Shown piece after piece: positions 33,060 to 43,233 of a stretch of 64,000 nucleotides of DNA. Numbering within the stretch: position 1 is the stretch's first letter; each line of letters opens with the position of its first letter. The stretch covers positions 1,312,001-1,376,000 of the forward strand of contig CAVVLO010000002.1 in NCBI GenBank assembly GCA_963749155.1, read 5' to 3'. The notes beneath the pieces were generated by a model, which was not told where the DNA came from, ran no database searches, and saw nothing but the letters and a program-made list of their open reading frames with translations. Both the position numbers and the translations under genes were made by a program. The stretch comes from an uncultured Armatimonadia bacterium. Its GTDB lineage: Bacteria; Armatimonadota; Zipacnadia; CAVVLO01.

Positions 33060-33880
33060 AGAGGTTTAACGGAAGCGGCGCCTGAGGCGCTCTTCTCCAC
33101 CTGCGCGGGGTTGCCGATGTAGCGGATACTCGCCGCGCCCGAGGCGTTGGCTTTGAGCGAGTTGTTCGCGTTGACGGTCGCCTTGCCCGCGCCTGACAGC
33201 TCGACTGTGACCTCCGCACTGATGAGGTTTTTGGCCTCATACTGCGCCGCGCCTGACAGCACAACTTTTTGTGAGGTGACCTTGCCGGCCAGGTTGGCCT
33301 TCGAGGCGCCCGAGAAGTCGCAGTTGAGGTGTTCTCCCTCCAGCCCTTGCAGGTTGAGGTCGGCTGCGCCGGCGGTCTTGATGGTCAGCTGGTCGAACCT
33401 CAGCGCGGCGCACTCGGCCTTTGTCGCGCCGGCAAGCTCCAGCTTGCGCAGCTCCTTCACCATAAGGTCGAAGTTCAGGTTTGGGCCGGCGCCGAAGTTG
33501 AAACTCAGTTTGGGTTGGACGAAGCGTATATACAGCGTATTGCCGCGCACCTCAGTCTCGATGCGGTCCAACTGGTCCTCTGGCGCGTTCACGGTAAGGC
33601 TCTCGGTGGCGCCCTGGGTGATGTGTAACGCGCCGATCCCTGTCAGTGACACAGCGTTAAAATTAGCTACCGGCCTGGATTCGCTCAAAGTTGGACCTCC
33701 CTGAATAAGGGGAGCGCCTGGCAAGCCTGGAGAGTGCTCCAGGTGCGCCCTCTTAATTATTTGGACGACTCCCAGTGTGATGAAACCGGCAAGCAGGGCG
33801 AGCACCGGCAGCATCAGAAGAAAGACCAGCCAGACTGGTTTGGGCTCACGTTGCCTGGGTTCAGGATTGCTTGCCATCAT
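33056..33880 (-). CDS. Head GIN domain (DUF2807) protein with N-terminal membrane anchor
   Basis: SRPVANFNAVSLTG; repeated LSGA beta-helix units; SIRYIGNP. Confidence 0.85.
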   Translation of the reverse strand: MMASNPEPRQREPKPVWLVFLLMLPVLALLAGFITLGVVQIIKRAHLEHSPGLPGAPLIQGGPTLSESRPVANFNAVSLTGIGALHITQGATESLTVNAPEDQLDRIETEVRGNTLYIRFVQPKLSFNFGAGPNLNFDLMVKELRKLELAGATKAECAALRFDQLTIKTAGAADLNLQGLEGEHLNCDFSGASKANLAGKVTSQKVVLSGAAQYEAKNLISAEVTVELSGAGKATVNANNSLKANASGAASIRYIGNPAQVEKSASGAASVKPL

Positions 33881-33965
33881 ATTTCGCAGTATATCACTGG
33901 TCAGGCAGGAAAGAGAGTGGCAAGGGTTGCCGAACTAGCGCGCATCAACTGAGTTGGAGGGACTT

Positions 33966-34721
33966 ATGGAAGGCAAGGTAGTAATCGTAACTGGCGCGGC
34001 GCAGGGCATTGGTTTTGGCATCGCAACGTGCTTTGCGCGCAAGGGCGCCTCTGTTGTCGTGGCGGATATGAACCTCGAGAAGGCCCAGGCGGCCGCCCAG
34101 AAGCTGCCCGCTGAAGGCGCAGGCCCCTGTTTAGCAGTGGAATGTGATATCAGTGACCGCGCTTCTGTCGAGGCTATGATCGAGGCCGTGATGCAGCAGT
34201 ATGGTCAGCTAGACGTCCTCATCAACAACGCGGGCATCTGTCCCTTCATCGACGTGATGCAGATGACCCCTGAAGTCTTCCAGCGGACACTGGATGTGGA
34301 CCTGACGGGCGCCTTCCACTGTACCCAACTGGCGGCTCAGAAGATGATAGAAGCCGGCCGCGGCGGCCGCGTTGTCAACATTACATCTCTTGCCGAGGCG
34401 GTTACGGGACCGGCCCAGGTGGACTATGGCGCAGCAAAAGGCGGCCTCAGGATGCTGACCACCGGCTTCGCAACGGCGCTCGGGCCTCACGGCATCACGG
34501 TGAACGCGGTCGCTCCAGGGATGATCCTCACCCCGATGACCCAGGACCACTGGCTGCAGCCGGGCCCGGCGGAGTTCATCAAGACGCGTGTCCCGGTCGG
34601 CCGTATCGGCACGCCCATCGACATCGGCAACGCCTGCGTCTTTCTTGCCTCGCCCGAGGCCGAGTACATCAACGGCATCAGCCTGCGCGTAGACGGCGGG
34701 CACCAGGCGCTGTGCTACTGA
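33966..34721 (+). CDS. SDR family oxidoreductase
   Basis: TGAAQGIG, NNAG, YGAAK. Confidence 0.93.
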   Translation: MEGKVVIVTGAAQGIGFGIATCFARKGASVVVADMNLEKAQAAAQKLPAEGAGPCLAVECDISDRASVEAMIEAVMQQYGQLDVLINNAGICPFIDVMQMTPEVFQRTLDVDLTGAFHCTQLAAQKMIEAGRGGRVVNITSLAEAVTGPAQVDYGAAKGGLRMLTTGFATALGPHGITVNAVAPGMILTPMTQDHWLQPGPAEFIKTRVPVGRIGTPIDIGNACVFLASPEAEYINGISLRVDGGHQALCY

Positions 34722-34734
34722 GGAGGATTACCAG

Positions 34735-35499
34735 ATGCTGAATATCAATTTGACCGGCAAGCTCGCGGTCGTCACCGGCGCGGCGGGCCAGCTTGGGCGC
34801 GTGATGGCGCGCACCCTCGCCGACTGTGGCGCGGATGTTGTTGTCCACTACAACACCAGCCAGGCGAAGGCCGAAGAAGTCGCCGAGCAAGTGCGAGCCC
34901 TGGGCAGGCGCTCGATGACAGTACGAGCCGATGTCGGCGACCTGGATTCGGTGCTTGCGATGCGCGATAGGGTAGGGGCAGAACTCGGTTCGCCCGATAT
35001 CATCGTGAACAACGCTGTGGCGCAGTATGAGTGGGTAGGCGTGCTGGAGCAGGGAGTCGAGGACTATGAGAGCCAGTTCCGCACCTGCGTGCTGCAGAAC
35101 GTAAATATGGCCAAGGCCTTTGTCCCCGCGATGATTGAGCGGGGCTCTGGACGGGTAATCGCCCTTTCGAGCGAGTGCGCGATGCAGTGTACCCCCAACC
35201 AGTCGGCTTACGTTTCGGGCAAGCGCGGCCAGGATGGCGTACTGCGCGTGCTGGCGCGCGAAGTCGGCCCTCACGGCGTCACGGTCAACCAGGTTGCGCC
35301 CGGGTGGACTATCTCCGACCGCTACCGGGAATCGGGGCAGGAAGTCGTGCCGGAATATTCCGACAACGTGCCTTTGCGCCGACGTGGACAGGACAAGGAG
35401 ATCGCCTACGCGGTGGCTTTCCTGGCAAGCGACCTGGCGGCTTTCATCACAGGGCTTTACCTGCCCGTCACCGGCGGGAATGTAATGCCGACTATCTAG
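34735..35499 (+). CDS. SDR family oxidoreductase
   Basis: TGAAGQLG, NNA, YVSGK. Confidence 0.92.
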   Translation: MLNINLTGKLAVVTGAAGQLGRVMARTLADCGADVVVHYNTSQAKAEEVAEQVRALGRRSMTVRADVGDLDSVLAMRDRVGAELGSPDIIVNNAVAQYEWVGVLEQGVEDYESQFRTCVLQNVNMAKAFVPAMIERGSGRVIALSSECAMQCTPNQSAYVSGKRGQDGVLRVLAREVGPHGVTVNQVAPGWTISDRYRESGQEVVPEYSDNVPLRRRGQDKEIAYAVAFLASDLAAFITGLYLPVTGGNVMPTI

Positions 35500-35514
35500 A
35501 GGTAGAAGGACCAT

Positions 35515-37790
35515 ATGTACTATCGCGCCCCCAACAGCGGCCCTGACTGCAGCACCGAGCGTTCTCGGAGGTTGAGAGAGCGCCGCTTCCAGCTTGGTTA
35601 CGCCGGCCTGTCGGAGCCGAAGGCCTACACGCGCCTGGCGGAAGAGGCCAGAAGCGGTGCTGCTCTCGCTGGAGGAAGACCCTGGCCTCGCGCGGGCCTC
35701 GGCGCTGCTGCACGTGGTGGAGCACTGCGAGATTTCACCCGAACCTGATGCCGTGCTGCTTGGGGGAGAGAACCCCTTCTTCTTCAATCTGCTGCTGCCC
35801 GCGCTGCAGGCCGACCGCCACAGCCGCGAGGGGCACGCGCCGCCGGATGAGGAGTCGGGTCGCTTCCGCGCCGCCGGCGGGATGTACGCCGCCTGTTTTG
35901 AAGGACATATCACGCCGGGCATCGAGTTCATCCTCGGGCAGGGCGTCTCGGGGCTGGAGCGCCGGCTGAGAGAACAACTCGACGCGCTGGACCCGGACTC
36001 CGAGGACGCCGCCTCTCGCCGGCGCTTCTGGGAATCGGGCCTCATCGCCTGTCAAGCCTTGCGCCGGTATGCCGAGCGCTACCGGCAGAAGGCACTTCGA
36101 CTTGCGAAGAAGACCACCGACGCAGCTTTCGCCGCGGAATTGCTTGAAGCTGCGGCAGATTCTTGAAAATGTACCCGAGCACCCCGCCCGCAACCTGCGC
36201 GAGGCGCTGCAGAGCTTCTGGCTGGCTTATATCCTCGTGACCACCGAAATGGGCGGCTGTTGTCCTGGCGGTGGGATTGGCCTGGGCCGGCCTGACCAGT
36301 ATCTGCTGCCCTACTATCAGCGCGACCTGGCGGAGGGACGGCTTACCCAAGCGCAGGCGCTGGAACTGATGGAAGTCTTCCTCATCGCCTTCCGCCACGA
36401 GGATTACTTCACCCCGCACCAGTTCGCGACACCCGGCAGCCAGGCCAGCCTTGGCGGCGTCACGCCACTCGGCCAGGACGCCTGGAACGAGCTGACTGAG
36501 GTCCTCCTCGAGGCGTCGCTGCGCGTTCAATTTGGGACGCCGTACCTGTCCCTGCGCCTGCACAAGGGGATGAGCGACCACGCCTGGCAGGTCGCGGCCA
36601 ACTACGTGCTTGGGGGCCTCGGCTTCCCGATTGTGAACGATGAGGTGCTGATTCCGGCCTTCCTGAGGCACGGGCGCGCCCTCTACGATGCGCGCGACTA
36701 TATCTGCAGTTGCTGCTATGAACACACCATCCCCGGCAGAGAGGCCTTCCACCCGAATGGGGCCTATCTCAACCTGCCTCTGGTGCTGGAACTTGCCCTC
36801 ACCGGCGGCCGGAGCCTGCTGACTGGAGAGCAGCTTGGGCCTGAAACGAAACCGCTTTCGGCGATGGAGAGCTTCGATGAGGTCATCGAGGCCTTATTTG
36901 CTCAGCTTGGCGCGGCCCGCGAGAAGATGGCCCGGCTGGTCAACAAGACGGACTCCTCCCACTGCACGAACCGGCGTTATCCGCTGATGTCGGTGCTGAT
37001 GGACGACTGCATCGGACGGGGGAAGGACGTCTGCGCGGGCGGGGCGCGGTACAACCTGACTGGCTGTATCGTCGCCGGACTGCCGAACGTGGTCAACTCC
37101 CTTGCGGCGCTTCGTGAGCACGTCTTCGAGCAGGGCTGTTGCACCCCGGCGGAGCTGCTTGGGGCGCTTGAGAGCGATTTCGAGGGCGAGGAAGAGCTGC
37201 GCCGGCTGCTGCTCTCGGCGCCCAAGTGGGGCAACGGGGAGACTGACACCGACGCACTGGCGCGCCTGGTGACCGACCGCCTGTATGAGGAATACAAAGG
37301 CCTTGCGAACGCGCGCGGAGGCCGCTGGCAGCTGGCACTTTACTCCTTTATGGCCAACTGGGGTTTGGGTGAGGTGTGCGGCGCCTCGGCCGACGGCCGG
37401 CCCGCGAGAGAACACCTGACCCGCAACCTCAACCCCACCTGGGGGACGGACCTCAGCGGCCCGACGGCGGTGCTGAGCTCTCTTTCGGCTATCGACTTCA
37501 CACAGTTTCCAGATGGCAGCGCGCTCGATTTGCGTTTCGACCCGAAGCTTTTCGAGACAAAGGCGGCAAGAGAGAGCTTCGTTGGCTTCCTCAAGGCCTT
37601 CGTGGACCTCGGTGTGATGGAGATGCAGCTCTCCTTCGCCGATGCCGACACGCTCCGCGCCGCTCGCGAGCATCCCGAGCAGCACCAGCATGTGATGGTG
37701 CGCGTGGCGGGCTACAGCGCCCGCTTCATAGACCTCGAGCCCCGCGAGCAGGAAGAGGTCATCAACCGCACCGAGCAAGGGTGGGGGTAA
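35515..37790 (+). CDS. Glycyl-radical enzyme (PFL-like superfamily); frameshifts near 35650 and 36150
   Basis: VPEHPARNLREALQSFW, GRPDQYLLPYY, Cys loop CSCCYE, APKWGN, C-terminal VRVAGYS glycyl motif. Confidence 0.88.
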
Positions 37791-37795
37791 GGTGG

Positions 37796-37836
37796 TTGCA
37801 GTCAGCCAGATCGCATCGTATAATCTGAATATCAGA
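37796..37836 (+). promoter_or_regulatory. Sigma70 promoter and short palindromic operator of the AbrB gene
   Basis: TTGCAG-N17-TATAAT followed by TCTGA-ATA-TCAGA. Confidence 0.65.
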
Positions 37837-37862
37837 CATTCGGATTTGCCGGAGGCTGGACA

Positions 37863-38165
37863 GTGAGAACAAAAGCCCGCCCAGAAACCAGTAAGGTCGG
37901 CAAGCGTGGGGTGGTGGTTATCCCTGCGAAACTTCGGCAGCGTTTTGGGCTGGAGGAAGGCTCGCTACTCATTGCAGAAGAACGAGATGAAGGGATCTTG
38001 TTGCGGCCTGCTGTGGCGGTACCGGTGGAGACCTATTCTCGCGAGCGCATTGCAGAATTCTTGCTCTCCAACGCTGTCGACGAGTCCGACTACGCCGAGG
38101 CCTGCGAGCGTGTCAGAGCGCTTGGCCTCGACCCCGACACTATCACCCACGAGAAGCCGGAGTAA
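37863..38165 (+). CDS. AbrB/MazE/SpoVT family DNA-binding antitoxin-like protein
   Basis: SKVGKRGVVVIPAKLRQRFGLEEGSLL..EGILLRP. Confidence 0.88.
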   Translation: MRTKARPETSKVGKRGVVVIPAKLRQRFGLEEGSLLIAEERDEGILLRPAVAVPVETYSRERIAEFLLSNAVDESDYAEACERVRALGLDPDTITHEKPE

Positions 38166-38178
38166 CCCATAAGAGGGT

Positions 38179-38273
38179 GTTTCGGTACTTCAGTGCCGAA
38201 ACCAGTTGGGCGCAGGGAGGCGTGAGCGAAGCTCACGAGTTGCCCCTGCACCCTTCGACAAGCTCAGGGCAGG
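38179..38273. repeat. Cluster of short palindromic (REP-like) elements
   Basis: GTTTCGG..CCGAAAC hairpin; GCAGGGAGGCGTGAGCGAAGCTCACGAGTTGCCCCTGC (also at ~41207 and ~51037); CCCTTCGACAAGCTCAGGG. Confidence 0.7.
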
Positions 38274-38300
38274 CCCCCAAACTCGCTACGCACGCAACTG

Positions 38301-41111
38301 CTACTCCCCTTCCACCACCTGGATAGTCCGAGGTTCGATTGTGAGCGGGGCGCCCCAGGGAGTCGTCCGGCTAACCGGCTCATCTCCATTATTGAGATAG
38401 TAAACCTGCTTGCCCGCGCGGCAGGCCAGCACGTTGTCATAAACGCCATCGAGTGGCTCTGAAAGCTGCGCCCATGGGCCCTTTGCCGTGTGGAGCAGCA
38501 GACTCAGGGCCTCCTGGTAGCTCTCCCAGTTGTCCGGCCAGACCACCACGAACCCCTTGCCGAGTGGCTGTACTACGTTTGCAAGCGCGGCTGCCTCGTC
38601 GATGGCCAGATGCGGCTTCAGCGTTGAGGCCGCGACCAGCTCGGAGGGGTCAGTCCCCTCGGCAAACAGGTCTACAGAGTGCACCTGCAGGCCCAGCTTG
38701 CGCGGATCGTTTGGCCCTGGGAGGAAGGTCTTGCTCTCAAACGTCAGGCTGAGAGTGGTCCGGTTGGCCACGAGCTCAGGTGGGATGGCGACCTCCACCA
38801 TCTGATCATCGCCGGCAGAGAGCGACACCATGGGAGCGTCGTTAACCAGCAGCCGCGCGCCCTCGGCTACCTGGGCGGGAACGGTAAGCTGCAGCCTCAG
38901 CTTGAGCGGTCCGCCACCGGGCAGCGGCAGGGAGAGGGACGAATCGCCGCCGGTCCAGCGGTAGGTTGGGTCAGGCTGCTCGAGGGTTGGGTCGGCTCCG
39001 CGCCCCTCCGCGCCATGCCAGAAGGAGGTCAGTACGCCCTCATCCTCGCCGCCGATGTCCACCGAGAGCCCCTTTGGAGCTCCCTCGTCGAACTCTACTG
39101 TAAAGAGCGGTGGTCCCTCGTAGGGCTTGGCGCTGGTCCACTCCGCGGCGCGCCCTTCCACGTCCTGCAGGGGAGTCTGGTCCGCAGGCAGCAGCAGCAC
39201 GCCGCCGGCCTTCACCCAGGCCTCGAGGCGCGTCAGGGTTGAAGCTTCGAGTTTGTCGCCAGCAAGCACCACGACCGCTTTGAAACGCTCCAGCAGGCCA
39301 TCGGAAATCATATTCTCGTCCACGAACTCAAAATTGAGCGCATCGCGCAATTTTGCGGTTCGGTCGAGGAAACCGCCGGTAAGGCCAGTCTCCAGCTCGA
39401 TTGAAGTATTCGGCATCAACGCGGCTACGGTAAGCTGCGGATCGTTGGGGAGGGCGAACTGGGCGTTGTCCATAAAAGTTATGCCAACCGGGCCCGGTTC
39501 CGGCGGCGCCTGCAATAGCATCTTGAAGTAGACGCCTCGCGCCCCGCCCGCGACCAGGTCGAAGACGCGCCCGGCGACGCCCTTGGGCGTATTGGCCCCG
39601 CCCGGCTCGGTGGTGTAGTAGCCCCCGTACAGCCTGCAGGCCGAGGAGACCATCCGCGTGATCGCAAACCCGTTAGCCATATCGTCATTCATATTGGTGA
39701 TGCGGATACCCGCGTCGTATTTGGCGCACATACGCGCCTGGGCGGCGAAATCCGCTCCCAGCAGCGGGTTGCCATCTCCGCCGGTGCACAGGTAGATGGG
39801 CAGGTCAGGATAGAGTTCGCGGCAGGTCTTGACCCAGAACTCGGCATAGTCGGTCATAGACTCGAGGTACCAGTCAACCTGGTCTTTCTTCTGGCGCGCT
39901 GGAGTAGTCTCATACAGCACGATTGGCTGGGCTTCTCCAAAATCCAGTAAGCTGCTGCCCCAGGCGGCATTCAGCTTGGTGATGGCGCCGTATTTGGCTT
40001 CCAGCCAGCGCTGGAAATCCGCTCGCGCATACACATCGCCGCACCACCAGCCCGCGTGAGTGTGTACGCCCTGCATATCGAAGCCACCACCGGCGGGATA
40101 AATGGACTCTCCCCAGTTGCCCGAGATGCCCAGGTTGAGCGCCTCGATGACCTCTGAGGGGTAATGGGCCTTGAACAGCTCCAGGAAACGCCTGACGCCA
40201 GCTTCGAGATTGGGATTCCAGATGGACTGGATGCGTATGGGCGTGTCGTGTTCGAGGCAGATGGCTTCCACGCCGTAATCGGGCGCCCACCACTTGGGGG
40301 TCGAGATATAGGGCCCCATAATGAGGAAGGGCAGCCACTTCAGCCCGTGTTTTGCGAGCTGCGAGACGACAGGGTCGTAAGTCTCATAAGTGATGACGCC
40401 CTGCTCGGGCTCGAGCTGCGCCCAGCCGACATAGCTCTGCAGGCTGGTGATGCCGATCTTCCTGGCTGTTTCATAAGACTGATCCAGCAGGTACGAAGCC
40501 TCCACGGGCTGATGCACCTGCCATTGCTGGATGACCTCGATGCGCGGGTCTACCACTGCGGGCTGCCTCCTTGCGAGTTCAGTCACTGGATCGACCGGCG
40601 GAGTGTAACCGGTCGGCGGCTCGGTCGAGACAATTATCTGCGAGACGGCGAGCTGGCCTGTCGAATAGATGCGGAAATCTGTATCACCGTTTTCGCGGTT
40701 CTTAAACTGGGCAGCTCTGAGCGTGAAGGTCGCGGTGCGCCACTGGCTTCGGCTGCGCTGTTCGAAGGCGCCAGGCGCCTGCCGGTAGGCCAGATCGCCC
40801 TCTCCCGAGTCGTAGTGCAGCTCGATGCGGCCGCGCTGGTCGAAGTAGTCGAAGGTGATGTAGACGGCCTCGCCAAGCGGGAAGCTTTCTGCGACGTCCA
40901 CATAGAGGAAAGAAGCGCCCACCTGCCGGTTGGTGACACGACACTCGCGCCCTCCAAGCGTAGCGGGCAAATTTTGGCCATCTCCAAGACTCGGTATGGT
41001 GAGACCGGAGCCAGTGTTGGTGGGACCAAGCTGGAGGGTGAACCGCGACTGTGCGGCGACCGAGAGCGCAATCAACAGAAGCAGGATAATAACTATCAAT
41101 AAACGGGCCAT
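38301..41111 (-). CDS. Secreted GH42/GH14-like glycoside hydrolase with accessory beta-sandwich domains
   Basis: Signal peptide; YVGWAQLEPEQG, SIWNP, GISGNWGE, FQRWLEAKYGAITKLNAAWG, TTEPGG. Confidence 0.7.
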   Translation of the reverse strand: MARLLIVIILLLLIALSVAAQSRFTLQLGPTNTGSGLTIPSLGDGQNLPATLGGRECRVTNRQVGASFLYVDVAESFPLGEAVYITFDYFDQRGRIELHYDSGEGDLAYRQAPGAFEQRSRSQWRTATFTLRAAQFKNRENGDTDFRIYSTGQLAVSQIIVSTEPPTGYTPPVDPVTELARRQPAVVDPRIEVIQQWQVHQPVEASYLLDQSYETARKIGITSLQSYVGWAQLEPEQGVITYETYDPVVSQLAKHGLKWLPFLIMGPYISTPKWWAPDYGVEAICLEHDTPIRIQSIWNPNLEAGVRRFLELFKAHYPSEVIEALNLGISGNWGESIYPAGGGFDMQGVHTHAGWWCGDVYARADFQRWLEAKYGAITKLNAAWGSSLLDFGEAQPIVLYETTPARQKKDQVDWYLESMTDYAEFWVKTCRELYPDLPIYLCTGGDGNPLLGADFAAQARMCAKYDAGIRITNMNDDMANGFAITRMVSSACRLYGGYYTTEPGGANTPKGVAGRVFDLVAGGARGVYFKMLLQAPPEPGPVGITFMDNAQFALPNDPQLTVAALMPNTSIELETGLTGGFLDRTAKLRDALNFEFVDENMISDGLLERFKAVVVLAGDKLEASTLTRLEAWVKAGGVLLLPADQTPLQDVEGRAAEWTSAKPYEGPPLFTVEFDEGAPKGLSVDIGGEDEGVLTSFWHGAEGRGADPTLEQPDPTYRWTGGDSSLSLPLPGGGPLKLRLQLTVPAQVAEGARLLVNDAPMVSLSAGDDQMVEVAIPPELVANRTTLSLTFESKTFLPGPNDPRKLGLQVHSVDLFAEGTDPSELVAASTLKPHLAIDEAAALANVVQPLGKGFVVVWPDNWESYQEALSLLLHTAKGPWAQLSEPLDGVYDNVLACRAGKQVYYLNNGDEPVSRTTPWGAPLTIEPRTIQVVEGE

Positions 41112-41254
41112 CAGGGCCTCCCTCGCAGCTTGAGGAATCGGTGACTCCACTTTCGCCAGCGAGAGGGAACTCCCTGCGAGTCAAAGGGCACTACCCAGTG
41201 AGGGGGTGCAGGGGCAACTCGTGAGCTTTGCTCACGCCGCCCCTGCGTTTTTAG
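41109..41254 (-). repeat. 146-bp leader/promoter module, inverted copy of 51029-51174
   Basis: Ungapped manual alignment, 6 mismatches in 146 nt. Confidence 0.95.
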
Positions 41255-41267
41255 CCTGAAAAATCCA

Positions 41268-42214
41268 TCAGGACTTGGCGGGCTTCTTCACAGGCTCGAG
41301 TTCGATCTCCAGCGAATCGAAATACGCCCCGTAGTCGCCGGAGGAGAAGTCGAGGTCGGTGTCGGAGATTGAGCCGTAGCTTGCTGAAGGTACCAGCCAT
41401 CTAGCGCCATACACACGTAGTACCAGACCCCCGGGCATAGCACGAGTGTCGGTCGCTCTGTCGAGTCTGCAGTCCAATACGTTGCAGCAGATTCCGAGAC
41501 AATCGGGGTGTCGATCCGGCGGTCGGTTACGGAGGCCACCCAGGTTGATCAGAGTGCCCTACAACACCCAGCGCCTGGCTCCGCGCGAGCGCGAGACAAT
41601 GGCGTCCCAGGACTGCAGCGACGGCCGCGGTTCGCGGACGGTGGGGTGCCGAAGATGTCCAGGCCTGTGCTGCGAGGTAGAACCCCGTTGTGCAGTAACT
41701 CCCCCGTCGATAACCATCTCCTCGATGCCAGAGGGTCGCGAGAGCTGATAGTCAGAGCAGTGGATAGTCCCCGCAGATGTCTTCCTCCACACGTGACGCT
41801 GGAGAGCCTGTGCGCGGACTCTACCTGGAACGCGAGGCCCACGCTACTCCACGCATGCTGACTGCCAGTTATGAGGCACGGAGCATCGACGCTGGCTACC
41901 ACGTTCGGGGGCAAGGAGTGCACGAGATGCACAGCGCACCGGCGCGCGACGCGTTCGATACTACCAGTGGGTATCATTGAACGCGGTGGGGAACAGAGGC
42001 CCCGGCAGTGGATCCAGGCCGGCAGCAGTACAGGTCGCGAGAGCCGACCCCAGGTGGACTGAGCGGCTGGCACGCATGTCGAACCGCATGGCTAAGCGTC
42101 GCAGAGTCTGGGATACGTGGCACCGTCGGTAAGTGTAAACGGCTTTTCGGCCGTCGCCAAAGGCATGGTGCAAGCGAGCACAATGAGGAACAGAAGCAGG
42201 CTGAGGCGGCGCAT
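41268..42214 (-). pseudogene. Secreted protein of unknown function (gene X, paralogue of 47845-48893), with multiple frame breaks
   Basis: Starts MRRLSLLLFLIVLACT; internal AWSSVGLAFQVESAHRL matches AWALTGLRLKVESPRTM of the paralogue; ends SDTDLDFSSGDYGAYFDSLEIELEPVKKPAKS. Breaks may be assembly errors. Confidence 0.6.
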
Positions 42215-42810
42215 CGGCGTTCCCCCTTGATTGGTTGGCGGGGTGGGCACTGACAGAAACAGCATATTGCGAGACTTTACAGTTGTCAAGCAAAGATCCT
42301 GTATCTCCAGTATTAAACAGCGCCAGGATTGCGCGGAGGGGCTTTACTGGCCGGAGTTGCTGCCTTGGTCGCTCCTCCGAAACCTTTTTGACACATCCTT
42401 TACCATCCCAATCCCCCACCCACCCCGGGGATTAGGAATCTGCAACTTCCGTGCCACAACAGGCCTCTGGAGAGCGATGTGGCGAAAGATTTACAGAAGA
42501 TTTACGGATAGGAGATGGTTTCGGGAGCAGAGGCCTGACCTTCGGTCAGGAACCCGAAACATCAACTTTTCTGGCCACGCCCGACATAAGAGGTGCAGGG
42601 GTAGAACCCCTGCGCCATCGAGAGGGGAGGTGGTTTCGGGAGCAGAGGCCTGACCTCGGTCAGGAACCCGAAACACGCTACAAGGAAGCGGGGGGTAAAA
42701 AGGCTGGAACCGACATAAAAGGTGCAGGGGTAAAACCCCTGCACCATCGAGAGGGGAGGTGGTTTGGGGAGCAGAGGCCAGACCTCAGTCAGGAACCCGA
42801 AACACGCTAC
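42124..42810 (-). repeat. Left arm of ~690-bp inverted repeat flanking the cysE-nifUS-cysK operon
   Basis: 42183-42589 equals the reverse complement of 47470-47876 with 2 mismatches in 407 nt; similarity extends into the signal peptide and the repeat arrays. Confidence 0.97.
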
Positions 42811-42955
42811 AAGGAAGCGGGGGCAAAAAGGCTGGAACCGACATAAAAGGTACAGGGGTAAAACCCCTGCACCATCGAGAAGGGGTCAGGAGCCCGAAAC
42901 ACGCCACAAGGGGGCGGCGTCAGAAAGGCTGGGCGGGTCTGAGACCCGCCCCTAC
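42517..42955. repeat. Tandem ~129-bp REP/BIME-like array (about 3 units) plus a GTAG-type REP
   Basis: Unit = GGTTTCGGG..CCTGACC-N-GGTCAGG..CCCGAAACACGCTAC hairpin + GGTGCAGGGG-TARAA-CCCCTGCACC palindrome; 42931-42955 reads GTAGGGGCGGGTCTCAGACCCGCCC on the minus strand. Confidence 0.85.
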
Positions 42956-43097
42956 AAGGGCGAACTGGGCAGGAGAGGGGCAAGTGAAGCTCGCGAACCG
43001 CCCCTGCCCCCCTGCTAGCAGAGCAGCCGGGCCTACCTCCTTCACGTGTATCGGCAGCTTGCTCCTGATACTTTTCCCTGCCTCCGAGGTTGGAACT

Positions 43098-43139
43098 TTG
43101 ACTTCCACGCCAGGATTGTCTACTGTAAATGTAGATAAT
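43098..43139 (+). promoter_or_regulatory. Sigma70 promoter overlapped by a 25-bp Rrf2 (IscR/CymR)-type palindrome
   Basis: TTGACT-N17-TACTGT; ATTGTCTAC-N7-GTAGATAAT at 43115-43139. Confidence 0.6.
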
Positions 43140-43233
43140 GACTTTCGGGCAGGCCTTATAGCCTTGCGCGCGCAAGAGAAGTAGAATGTAAGGCAAGCTT
43201 ACCTAACGCAGAACGCCCACCGGAGGGGTATCG

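Noticed and set aside
42231..42653. Conserved ORF MVGGVGTDRNS.. present in both arms (also 47340-47828)
   Set aside because: Conservation follows trivially from the DNA duplication; the ORF crosses promoters and repeat arrays and has no RBS or recognisable motif.
42517..42910. CRISPR array
   Set aside because: The sequences between palindromes are themselves repeated (no unique spacers), the period is ~129 bp, and no cas genes are present.
43035..43042. Strong Shine-Dalgarno AAGGAGGT on the minus strand
   Set aside because: No plausible ORF follows before the repeat array; at most a remnant.
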